Below, in pieces: positions 9,651 to 18,196 of a stretch of 64,000 nucleotides of DNA. Source of the stretch: an uncultured Bacillota bacterium. GTDB taxonomy: Bacteria; Bacillota_I; Bacilli_A; RF39; UBA660. Below the pieces are notes generated by a model. That model ran no database searches and was not told the DNA's origin. It saw only the letters and a program-made list of their open reading frames with translations. The position numbers and the translations under genes are program-made. Positions within the stretch are counted from its first letter, which is position 1, and the number at the start of each line of letters is the position of its first letter. The stretch spans positions 15,120 through 79,119 of the forward strand of contig CAJLEF010000001.1 of NCBI GenBank assembly GCA_905205665.1, in the 5' to 3' direction.

Positions 9651-10724
9651 GTGAAAATAGTTGTAACAGCCGGTGGCACCATGGGCCATATTAACCCTGC
9701 TTTAGCCATCATTGATGAATTTAAAAAACATGAAAAAAATTTAGAAGTAATCTATTTTGGAACACATAACCGGATGGAAAAAGATATTATTCCTAAGTTA
9801 GGTTACCGTTACATTCCTTTAGAAATATATGGTTTTAGTAAAGATATTGTAAGAGATATTAAAAATGTTTTCTTGGTTAAGAGAGCCATTCAACAAGTAA
9901 GAGAAGTATTAAGAGTAGAAAAACCAGATGTCGTCATTGGGGTAGGAGGGTATGTCACTTATCCCGTTATTATGGCCGCACACAAAGAACACATTAAAGT
10001 GTTTATTCATGAACAAAATAGTATTCCAGGAAAAAGTAATAAAATGATAAGTCGTTATGCCGACATCATTGGGGTCACTTTTAAAGAAAGTGAAAATCAT
10101 TTAAAAACAAAAGGTAAAGTCATTTTGACAGGCCATCCTTGTGGTGCCTGGGCATTAGAAGTGGCAGCTAAAGATAAAAAATCTTTAGGTTTAGAAGAAC
10201 ATAAAAAATTAGTTACCATCGTGGCAGGAAGTCTTGGGAGTGGTTCATTAAATGAGAAAATGCTTTCTTATTTAAAAAGTATAGGAACTGAAAATTATGA
10301 AGTATGCTATATTACCGGAAAAAATCATTATGAAGAATATAGTCAAAATAAATTTCCTAAAAATGTTCATTTGTTTCCTTATATGGAAGAATTACCAGGT
10401 CTTTTAAAAATTAGTGATGTTATTGTTTCAAGAGCAGGAGCAGGAAGCTTAAGTGAAATTTTAGCCTTAAAAAAACTAGCCGTTATTATTCCAAGCCCTA
10501 ATGTTGCCAATAATCATCAGTATTATAATGCCAAAGAATTAGCTGATAAAGGTCTTATTTATCTATTAGAAGAAAAAAATCTTACTAAAGAAGCATTAGA
10601 AGACGCCATTAAAAAATTATTAAATGACGTGGAAACAAAAGCTAAAATGAAGAAAAATTTAGAGCAAGAAAAAACAACCGATAGTGCTAAAATAATTTAT
10701 GATGAAATAAAAAAATTAATTTAA
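9651..10724 (+). CDS. murG: UDP-GlcNAc:lipid I N-acetylglucosaminyltransferase MurG
   Basis: GTG start after GGGAGG. VTAGGTMGHINPALA, HEQNSIPGKSN, SRAGAGSLSEI and NHQYYNA are classic MurG blocks. Confidence 0.9.
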   Translation: MKIVVTAGGTMGHINPALAIIDEFKKHEKNLEVIYFGTHNRMEKDIIPKLGYRYIPLEIYGFSKDIVRDIKNVFLVKRAIQQVREVLRVEKPDVVIGVGGYVTYPVIMAAHKEHIKVFIHEQNSIPGKSNKMISRYADIIGVTFKESENHLKTKGKVILTGHPCGAWALEVAAKDKKSLGLEEHKKLVTIVAGSLGSGSLNEKMLSYLKSIGTENYEVCYITGKNHYEEYSQNKFPKNVHLFPYMEELPGLLKISDVIVSRAGAGSLSEILALKKLAVIIPSPNVANNHQYYNAKELADKGLIYLLEEKNLTKEALEDAIKKLLNDVETKAKMKKNLEQEKTTDSAKIIYDEIKKLI

Positions 10725-10756
10725 ATTGAAAAAAAGAATATAAGAAGGGTGATACC

Positions 10757-11455
10757 ATGCAAAAAAAGAAAGTGATTAAAAGAAAATTTAAGTGGAAGAC
10801 TTTTTTTAAGTTTTGTCTTTTTGTAGGTATCCTTTTCTTACTTTTTACTTATTTATGGAATTTAAAAACCCAAAATATTTTTATTGAAGGAAATACATTT
10901 GTGAAAGACAATGATATTATTACTACTTCTGGATTTAAAGATTATCCATATTTGTTTCGATTAAAAACAAAAGATATTGAAAAAAAGGTTTTAACAATTC
11001 CTTACATAAAAAGTGTCAAAATAAAAAAAGGTATTTTAGGGAGTATTACTTTTGTTATTACTGAAGATAAGCCTTTATTTTATAACCGTAATAATGACAA
11101 GGTGGTTTTATCATCAGGTCGTGAAATTGAAGACACTTTAAAAGGCATACCTATTTTAATTAATTATGTTCCAGATGTTTATTATACAAAGCTAATTCAA
11201 AAATTAAGTGATATTGATGAAAACGTTTTAACTTTAATTAGTGAAATAGAGTATTCACCTTGGACTAGCAATAACGTCTTAATAGATGAAGAACGCTTCT
11301 TACTTAGAATGAATGACACGAATATCGTTTATACTAATTTGCTTCATATCGATAAATTAAATAAGTACATTGAGATTTACGCGACCTTGGAAGATAAAAA
11401 AGGCATTATCTACTTAGATTCTTCCAGTGATAAGATATCTTTTTCCTCTTATTAG
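10757..11455 (+). CDS. divIB: Cell division protein DivIB/FtsQ (POTRA-containing)
   Basis: It sits directly after murG. It has a basic N-terminus and a single TM, then the POTRA-like segment IFIEGNTFVKDNDII...IKSVKIKK. Confidence 0.65.
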   Translation: MQKKKVIKRKFKWKTFFKFCLFVGILFLLFTYLWNLKTQNIFIEGNTFVKDNDIITTSGFKDYPYLFRLKTKDIEKKVLTIPYIKSVKIKKGILGSITFVITEDKPLFYNRNNDKVVLSSGREIEDTLKGIPILINYVPDVYYTKLIQKLSDIDENVLTLISEIEYSPWTSNNVLIDEERFLLRMNDTNIVYTNLLHIDKLNKYIEIYATLEDKKGIIYLDSSSDKISFSSY

Positions 11456-11503
11456 AGTAATTTGTGATAAAATAACAACTGCACCAAGAAAGGATGGGGA
11501 CTT

Positions 11504-12103
11504 ATGAGACTTAATAATACATCTGTAGTTTTAAATTATAAGACATACCAAGCCAAGTTAAATTCAAATAATCAAGTTAAAATTTGTCATAAAAAATTAG
11601 AGAGAGAAATCACTTTTGATGAATATACGACTAAAATTATTCAAGTAAGTAACAATGAGTTTATTAGTTTTAATGAAAATCACGGCAATAAGAATTTTAA
11701 TCATTACTATTTGTATGGAATAGAAAAGTACACGCGATTTATGAACTTTAAATATTCTTCTTATAAACAATTATCTAATAGTATTTGGAGTTTTACTCTT
11801 TCAGAAGATGAAAGACAACTAGTGTATAATGCTGAAAAACATATCATGTTTTTTTATTCAATGATGCCTTTATCTGAAAAGCCTTTAGTAATAGATAATC
11901 AAATATTTTATCCTTTTATTACTACAAAGTTTAAAATTTATTTTAATGAAAATTTAATTCCAGTAATGATTCAAGATATAAAGAAAGAGGAATATCAAAG
12001 TGTTAATTTATTAGAAGGTGAAACATATAAAGAAGCTTTAGATCGAACTATTTTAACCTTAAAACAAGATAGGAGTTTAAAAAGAGTACCATGGAAAGAA
12101 TAA
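11504..12103 (+). CDS. Hypothetical protein
   Basis: ORF with a GGATGGGGA RBS, overlapping the queH start. No motif recognised. Confidence 0.4.
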   Translation: MRLNNTSVVLNYKTYQAKLNSNNQVKICHKKLEREITFDEYTTKIIQVSNNEFISFNENHGNKNFNHYYLYGIEKYTRFMNFKYSSYKQLSNSIWSFTLSEDERQLVYNAEKHIMFFYSMMPLSEKPLVIDNQIFYPFITTKFKIYFNENLIPVMIQDIKKEEYQSVNLLEGETYKEALDRTILTLKQDRSLKRVPWKE

Positions 12104-12729
12104 ATTATGATAATTTAATGGAAACAATCATCATGGAAAATAGAGAAAAGAAAGTTGTCCCAACTCTTTTACTACATACTTGTTGTGCGCCTTGTTCCTC
12201 AGCTGTTATTGAAAGGTTATCCCGTGATTTTAAAATAACGGTCTTTTATTACAATCCTAATATTGAACCATATGAAGAATACTTAAAAAGAAAAGAAGAG
12301 CAAAAGAAATTTTTAAAAGTTTTTCCCAGTCCTAATCCCTTAAATTTTTTAGATTGTGATTATGAAAATGAAAAGTTCAGAGAAATGGCTTTAGGGCTTG
12401 AAACGGAAAAAGAAGGGGGACCACGTTGTTTTAGATGTTATCATCTTCGTCTTTTAAAAACAGCCTTGAAAGCTAAAGAACTAGGTTTTGATTATTTTAC
12501 AACCAGTCTTTCTATTAGTCCTTATAAAAATGCTCAAAAATTAAATGAAATAGGTTTAGAATTAGAAAAAGAGTGTGGCGTTTCTTATTTAGTAAGTGAT
12601 TTTAAAAAAAATGATGGCTATAAAAAAAGTATTTTATTTTCTAAAGAATATAATCTTTATCGTCAAGATTACTGTGGTTGTGTTTATTCCAAAAAAGAAA
12701 GAGATGAAAGAGTTAGTCAAAAAGATTAA
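12091..12729 (+). CDS. queH: Epoxyqueuosine reductase QueH (DUF208)
   Basis: LLHTCCAPCSS near the N-terminus and YRQDYCGCVYS near the C-terminus are the hallmark Cys motifs of QueH. Confidence 0.82.
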   Translation: MERINYDNLMETIIMENREKKVVPTLLLHTCCAPCSSAVIERLSRDFKITVFYYNPNIEPYEEYLKRKEEQKKFLKVFPSPNPLNFLDCDYENEKFREMALGLETEKEGGPRCFRCYHLRLLKTALKAKELGFDYFTTSLSISPYKNAQKLNEIGLELEKECGVSYLVSDFKKNDGYKKSILFSKEYNLYRQDYCGCVYSKKERDERVSQKD

Positions 12730-12772
12730 CGTCTTTTTTTTTAATTTTTTCATATATTTTAGTGGTGATACT

Positions 12773-13384
12773 ATGGATGATATAAATGCAGCTTTAAAAA
12801 GACATAAACAAAGATGTCATCAAGATGTTTCAAAAGAAAAGAAGTCCAAGATTAGTCAAGAATTTAGTAAAATTTTAATTAGTATTATTTTTATTTTAGG
12901 AAGTGTTATTTACATAAAATTAGGTGAAAATAATTTAACTAATTACAAGAAATATATTTTTGAAAACAATTTTATGTTTACGAAGATAAATAATTGGTAT
13001 ACTAAAAATTTTGGTAATATTTTACCCACAGTATCTTCTCCTAGTGAGGTAAATGTTTCTAAAACAGACAATATTTCTGCTAAAGAAAAATATCAAGATG
13101 GCTATAAAATAGGGAATACTTCGGGACCTATCACCAGCATAGCAAGTGGGCTTTTGGTTTTCATGGGCGAAAAAGAAAATTATGGCAATACTTTAATCAT
13201 TCAAGGAGTAGATGGAACGGATATTTGGTATGGTAATGTTAGTGATGTTAATTTAAAACTTTATGATTATGTGGAAGCGGGTTCTATTTTAGGTAACCCA
13301 AGTGAGAACTATTATTATCTTGTCTTTCAAAAAGAAGGAAATTATTTAACTTATGAAGACTATCAAAAAAGTATGCAAGCTTAA
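12773..13384 (+). CDS. SpoIVFA-like membrane protein with a degenerate LytM/M23 domain
   Basis: ATG 12773 after a GGTGA RBS. It has one TM, then the LytM-like tail YGNTLIIQGVDGTDIWYGNVSDVNLKLYDYVEAGSILG lacking obvious metal ligands. It lies immediately upstream of the M50 protease, as in spoIVFA-spoIVFB. Confidence 0.5.
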   Translation: MDDINAALKRHKQRCHQDVSKEKKSKISQEFSKILISIIFILGSVIYIKLGENNLTNYKKYIFENNFMFTKINNWYTKNFGNILPTVSSPSEVNVSKTDNISAKEKYQDGYKIGNTSGPITSIASGLLVFMGEKENYGNTLIIQGVDGTDIWYGNVSDVNLKLYDYVEAGSILGNPSENYYYLVFQKEGNYLTYEDYQKSMQA

Positions 13385-14117
13385 TTTTTCCTTATATTTA
13401 TTTTTTTTATTATCTTTTTTATGTGGTTATTTTAAACCAACCCTTCTTATTTGTTTGATTGTTGTTACGCATGAATGTGGTCATATTTTTTTTATTAAAT
13501 TATTTCATTATCAAATTGTTAAAGTTGAACTTTTTGCTTTTGGGGGCTTAACAACCATAGAAAAACCTATAAATTCTTCGATCAATAAAGAAATGATTAT
13601 TTCTTTAGGAGGTTTTTTCTTTCAAGGCTTATTGTTTCTTATCTTTTATTTTTTATTTCAAAAAATGATAATTACCGAGATGACTTATCAATTATTTTTA
13701 CTTTATAATAAAACAATTTTTTTCTTTAATTTATTGCCTATAATTCCTTTAGATGGCTCAGTGTTTATTCATGCTTTGTTAGAAAAATTTTATTCTTATT
13801 ATCATTCTTTTCAAGTTTATAAAGTAATTTCTGTTTTAAGTTTTATTATTTTTCTTGGGGTAAACTATTGGCAAAATTTAAATAATTATTTTATTTGTTT
13901 GGTATTATTTTTCCAATTTTTATTGCTTCATAAAAATGAAAAATATTATTTACAGCGATTCTATTTAGAGAGATTTTTAAACGATTATCCTTATAAAAGA
14001 ATTGAAAATGATTATGTTTTAGAAAAGAAAAAACTAAAAAAAGAAACGAAACATTATTTTTATACTAATCATCATTTTATTGATGAGAAAAAAATGTTGG
14101 CTAGGGAATACGAATAA
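13353..14117 (+). CDS. spoIVFB: M50 site-2 metalloprotease, SpoIVFB-like
   Basis: Polytopic membrane protein with HExxH (THECGHIFF) inside a TM and the second motif LLPIIPLDGS. It overlaps the upstream gene. Confidence 0.65.
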   Translation: MKTIKKVCKLNFSLYLFFLLSFLCGYFKPTLLICLIVVTHECGHIFFIKLFHYQIVKVELFAFGGLTTIEKPINSSINKEMIISLGGFFFQGLLFLIFYFLFQKMIITEMTYQLFLLYNKTIFFFNLLPIIPLDGSVFIHALLEKFYSYYHSFQVYKVISVLSFIIFLGVNYWQNLNNYFICLVLFFQFLLLHKNEKYYLQRFYLERFLNDYPYKRIENDYVLEKKKLKKETKHYFYTNHHFIDEKKMLAREYE

Positions 14118-14205
14118 TTCTCCTAGCTTCTTTTTGATTTAGTATATTGAAAAAGTAATTTGTTTCTGATACAATTATTGGTAGATAGAGTCTGGAGGGG
14201 ACAAT

Positions 14206-14619
14206 ATGGCTATGGGTAAACTAAAAAAATGGTTTTCAGATGATGAGGGTGAAGATACATCAAGATTAGATGATGATTTTTATACAGTAAGTGAAGAAGA
14301 AGCTTTAAAGGAAGCCGATAAAACAGGAAATAAAATGATTTTATTAGAACCACGTGCTTTTTCAGAATCACAACAAATTGCTGATCATTTGAAAAAAAGA
14401 AATAGCGTTGTTGTTAACTTTAAAAGAGTAACCGCGGCACAGGCTAAAAGAATTATTGACTTTTTGTCTGGTTGTGTTTATTCTATTGGAGGAACGATGC
14501 AAAAAATAGGTGTTGGTATTTATTTATGTACACCTAATAATGTGAATATTCAAGGCAAAATATCAGATGATAATGAGCCAAAAGAAAAACAAGATGCCGA
14601 AGACGAAATTGGCTGGTAA
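14206..14619 (+). CDS. sepF: Cell division protein SepF
   Basis: LEPRAFSESQQIADHLKKRNSVVVNF...AKRIIDFLSGCVYSIGGTMQKIG is the conserved SepF core. Confidence 0.85.
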   Translation: MAMGKLKKWFSDDEGEDTSRLDDDFYTVSEEEALKEADKTGNKMILLEPRAFSESQQIADHLKKRNSVVVNFKRVTAAQAKRIIDFLSGCVYSIGGTMQKIGVGIYLCTPNNVNIQGKISDDNEPKEKQDAEDEIGW

Positions 14620-14627
14620 GATGTGAG

Positions 14628-15062
14628 GTGGGTAATTTGCAAAAGTTTAAAACGAGTTTAAATGGTTACAATAAAGAAGAAGTGAATCATTTTGTTTTTG
14701 AAGTTACCCAAGAATATGAGGGCATGCTTAATAATTTAAAGAGTAGAGATGCCGAGATAGCGTCTTTAAAAGCTCGTCTTCAAGAATATCAAAATATGGA
14801 GAGCACTTTAAACAAGGCTCTTTTAGTTGCTGAAAATGCCGGTAATCAAATTAGAAAAGTAGCGCGGGATGAATCAAAAGCCATTTTAGACGATGCCAAA
14901 AGAAATGCTTCGAGAATTGTTAATGATGCGCTTTTAAAAGCTGAAAAAATGGAAGCTGATGGCGAACTTTTACGTCAAAGAATTATGGCATTTAAAAGAA
15001 GGTTTCGCGCCATTGTTGAAACCGAGTTAGATGCCATTGAGCAAATAGATGAAAAATATTAA
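14628..15062 (+). CDS. DivIVA-domain protein
   Basis: FKTSLNGYNKEEVNHFV is a DivIVA N-terminal motif, followed by a coiled coil. The start could be GTG 14628 or TTG 14637. Confidence 0.72.
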   Translation: MGNLQKFKTSLNGYNKEEVNHFVFEVTQEYEGMLNNLKSRDAEIASLKARLQEYQNMESTLNKALLVAENAGNQIRKVARDESKAILDDAKRNASRIVNDALLKAEKMEADGELLRQRIMAFKRRFRAIVETELDAIEQIDEKY

Positions 15063-15063
15063 A

Positions 15064-15087
15064 CTGTAGGATTATCTACAGTTTTTT
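15064..15087. terminator. Bidirectional rho-independent terminator between convergent divIVA and sigK
   Basis: CTGTAG-gattat-CTACAG followed by TTTTTT. An A-run precedes it on the other strand. Confidence 0.6.
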
Positions 15088-15778
15088 AGTTTACTTTATT
15101 ATTTTTAATAAATTCTTTTAATATTTTTGTTAAAGCTCTTTTTTCAATCCTTGAAACATAACTACGTGATATTTTAAGTTCTTTAGCAATCTCTTTCTGA
15201 GTCATTTCTTTTTTATTCATAAGACCATAACGTTTCATTAAGATTTCTTTTTCTCTTTTTGTTAAATCTTTCATATATTCATTAACTAAAGTTAAATTAT
15301 CTTTGGTTTGCAATACATTAGTAATGTCATCTTTTTCATCTTTAATGATTTCAATCAAACTAATTTCATTACCGTCTTTATCATAACCAATGGAATCATT
15401 TAAACTCATACTTTTTAAGTTGGAACCTTTTAAACTTCGAAAATACATGAGTATTTCATTTTGAATACATTTGGCCGCGTAAGTTGTTAACTTAATATTT
15501 TTATCGAAGTTATAAGAATCGACACCCTTGATAAGACCAATGGTACCAATACCGATTAAATCATCCACGTCAGCTTCCTTAACATCAAATTTTTTTACAA
15601 TGTGGGCCACAAGTCTTAAATTATGTTCAATTAATTTATTACGAGCTTCTTCATTTCCTTGCATCATTTTTAAAATACATTCTTTTTCTTCCTCCTCTGA
15701 AAGAGGTTTTAAAAAGACATTATTAGAATAACTTCCTGTAAAAAAAAGTAGTGATTTAAGCAAATTAATCAAAAACAA
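15086..15778 (-). CDS. sigK: Sporulation sigma factor, pro-sigma-K type
   Basis: NNVFLKPLSEEEE after a hydrophobic pro-sequence, IEHNLRLVAHIVKKF, IGTIGLIKGVDSY and ISRSYVSRIEKRAL match my recollection of B. subtilis SigK much better than SigE. The gene is uninterrupted. Confidence 0.72.
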   Translation of the reverse strand: MFLINLLKSLLFFTGSYSNNVFLKPLSEEEEKECILKMMQGNEEARNKLIEHNLRLVAHIVKKFDVKEADVDDLIGIGTIGLIKGVDSYNFDKNIKLTTYAAKCIQNEILMYFRSLKGSNLKSMSLNDSIGYDKDGNEISLIEIIKDEKDDITNVLQTKDNLTLVNEYMKDLTKREKEILMKRYGLMNKKEMTQKEIAKELKISRSYVSRIEKRALTKILKEFIKNNKVN

Positions 15779-15890
15779 AATAAATCCCTTCCTTTAATAA
15801 AATTTATGCGTTTTTTTTCCTTTCATTCCTTGTTTTTTTAAAGGGTTTGTGGTACCATTTTAAAGCACGTAAAGAAAGGATTGATGCGTA

Positions 15891-16682
15891 TTGAATAAAG
15901 AATATTTTGTAGCGAAAGATAAACTTGTTGTCATGGACGAACAAGGTAATATAGATATCAGAAATAGGATGAATAATCCCAAAGAAATATTAGAACAAGA
16001 AAATGTGTTAGAGGAAAAAATAAAAGGTAGAGAAGATTTGATTTTAGACTCTTTTCCTGAAGCAATTTTAAAAAAGCAAAAAGCACTAGCAAAGGAAAAA
16101 GACAATCTTCAAAAATATATTAGTAGAGAAAGAAAAATAAGTGAGGTTAAAACTTGGAGTAATATTATCGCTATTCTAGGTGGATTCGCCTTATTTTCTA
16201 GTCAGCCATTTTCAGAAGATCTTTTAATAGATTGTGTGATCGGTGGTTTAGGACTTGCCACATTAAATGCAGTTCTTTTTGCTGTACAAGAAAGAGTTGC
16301 TCTAAAGCAAGAAATATACATTCAAAAAGAAAAATATTTAGAAGGACAACTTTTAAATTATCAAAATAATTTATCTAAAATAAAAAAAGAAGCGTATAGT
16401 TTAAATTCAGATAAAGAAGTACTTTACTTAACGAAAGAAACTAAGGATTTTAAAGAAAATGACAAAGAAAAAATAGGTGTTATTTATGAAATCTTACCGT
16501 CTTCCAAAAATGAAGAATCTGAAAAAAAGAAACTGGTAGAAAGAAGAAAACTTTTACAAAATCTAGCTGCCTTAAGTAAAAAAAATCCGGATTTTTCTTT
16601 AGAAGAAATTATACAAAATAGTCCAGAACTTACCAAGGAAAATAAGGAATTATGCCTAAAATTAGTTAAAAAAGATTTATAA
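15891..16682 (+). CDS. Hypothetical coiled-coil protein with two central TM helices
   Basis: Lys/Glu-rich helical ends. Central hydrophobic stretch IIAILGGFALF...IGGLGLATLNAVLFAV. Confidence 0.4.
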   Translation: MNKEYFVAKDKLVVMDEQGNIDIRNRMNNPKEILEQENVLEEKIKGREDLILDSFPEAILKKQKALAKEKDNLQKYISRERKISEVKTWSNIIAILGGFALFSSQPFSEDLLIDCVIGGLGLATLNAVLFAVQERVALKQEIYIQKEKYLEGQLLNYQNNLSKIKKEAYSLNSDKEVLYLTKETKDFKENDKEKIGVIYEILPSSKNEESEKKKLVERRKLLQNLAALSKKNPDFSLEEIIQNSPELTKENKELCLKLVKKDL

Positions 16683-16715
16683 TCATGATATACTTGTTAC
16701 AAGGGATGGTGGCTT

Positions 16716-17237
16716 ATGGATATATTTAGACCAGATATGTATAAAAGAAGTATTTATGAAATTGACTATGAACAACTTCATAAAAAAGGTATCAAGTGTA
16801 TTTTGTTTGATTTAGATAATACCTTAGCTTCCTTAGACGAGGTAACACCAGATAAAAAATTAATGGATTTTTTCTTATATTTAGAAGATTTAGGAATAAA
16901 AGCTATTATTATTTCCAATGCTTCTAAAAAAAGAGTAGAGCCATTCAAAGAAAAATGTAATGTCGATAGTGCTTTTAAAAGTTATAAACCATTTAAAAAG
17001 AAATATCAAAAAATATTAAAAATGTATCATTTAAAAGATATTGATATTGCCTGCGTTGGAGACCAATTATTAACCGATATTTATGGAGCTAATCGTCTTG
17101 GCTTTACCAGTATTTTGGTTAACCCAATTAGTAATAAAGAAAAATTTGTAACGAAGATTAATCGAGCAATGGAAAAAATAATTTTAAATAATTTTAGTAA
17201 GAAGGGGATATTTAAAAAAGGAGAGTATTATGAGTAA
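16716..17237 (+). CDS. yqeG: YqeG-family HAD-IIIA phosphatase
   Basis: HAD motif I LFDLDNTL and motif IV VGDQLLTDI. About 170 aa, directly upstream of yqeH as in Bacillus. Confidence 0.75.
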   Translation: MDIFRPDMYKRSIYEIDYEQLHKKGIKCILFDLDNTLASLDEVTPDKKLMDFFLYLEDLGIKAIIISNASKKRVEPFKEKCNVDSAFKSYKPFKKKYQKILKMYHLKDIDIACVGDQLLTDIYGANRLGFTSILVNPISNKEKFVTKINRAMEKIILNNFSKKGIFKKGEYYE

Positions 17238-18192
17238 GTATTGTCTAGGCTGCGGTGTTTTATTACAAGATAAAGATGAAAAAAAAGAAGGTTATGTTAG
17301 TGACATATCACAAAATTATTGTAAACGTTGTTTTCGGATGACTCATTATCATGAACTTTCTGTGGTAGGTGAAAGTAAGAGTAAAGATGTCTTAGCAAAA
17401 ATAAATGCCTCTTCTGGTTTTGCCTTTTTTTTCTGTGATTTCTTAAATTTGTATCCTGAAAATATTAAGTATTATCATCAAATTACTTTACCTAAAGTAT
17501 TTGTGGTGACTAAAAAAGATACTATTCCCAAAAGTATATATTATTTAAAGGTTAAAGAATGGTTACAAAAGGATTTTAAAATTAAAGAAGATATTTTCTT
17601 TGTGAATGAGAAAAGTGTTTTCAAAATAAAAGATCTTTTAGAAAATATTCCTTATCAAAATATATACTTTACAGGTCCCACGAATGCTGGAAAAAGCAGT
17701 CTTTTAAATACCTTATTAAAAGAAGAAAATAAAAAAGATTTATTAACCATAAGTGAAGCAAGAAACACGACTTTAAACTTTATAAAAGTTTCTTATAAAA
17801 ATAAAACTTTATATGACACGGTTGGTTTTATTGATGAACTTCCTTATATGACTTTAGATTTACAAAAAAAATCCAATTTAAAAAAGGAAATCAAACCATT
17901 AAGTTTACCTATGAAAAAGAACAGTTTTTGTATGCTTGAAGATTTTTTATTTTTAGAAATGAATCATGAAGAAAATATCATTTGGTTTGGAAGTGAAAAT
18001 TTAAAAGTTTCTAAAACATATAAAAAACCAAGTGAAGAAAATAAAGTGAAAAAAGAAATTAAAATTGTAGAACCTACTAATTTGTATATCAAAGGTCTTG
18101 GTTTTTTCTATATTAAAGAAAGTACGACCTTAATATTATATTTAGAAAATCATGAATGTTTAAGTATGGCTCCTAGTTTTTTTAAGAGGTGA
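17230..18192 (+). CDS. yqeH: Ribosome biogenesis GTPase YqeH
   Basis: N-terminal zinc ribbon CLGCGVLLQ...CKRCFRMTHY and a circularly permuted GTPase with GPTNAGKSSLLN. Confidence 0.8.
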   Translation: MSKYCLGCGVLLQDKDEKKEGYVSDISQNYCKRCFRMTHYHELSVVGESKSKDVLAKINASSGFAFFFCDFLNLYPENIKYYHQITLPKVFVVTKKDTIPKSIYYLKVKEWLQKDFKIKEDIFFVNEKSVFKIKDLLENIPYQNIYFTGPTNAGKSSLLNTLLKEENKKDLLTISEARNTTLNFIKVSYKNKTLYDTVGFIDELPYMTLDLQKKSNLKKEIKPLSLPMKKNSFCMLEDFLFLEMNHEENIIWFGSENLKVSKTYKKPSEENKVKKEIKIVEPTNLYIKGLGFFYIKESTTLILYLENHECLSMAPSFFKR

Positions 18193-18196
18193 AGAA

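Noticed and set aside
12596-12772. The N-terminal 59 codons of the track ORF 12596-13384, which overlap queH. The same applies to the 6006-6056 extension of mtaB, the 1988-2011 extension of the ABC ATPase and the 61163-61186 extension of dnaB.
   Set aside because: The extensions overlap upstream genes or terminators and lack an RBS. Internal ATGs with good Shine-Dalgarno boxes give N-termini that match the family consensus.
15086-15778. A skin-like intervening element or split sigK.
   Set aside because: The sigma factor ORF is continuous from the pro-sequence to region 4.2, and no recombinase lies nearby.
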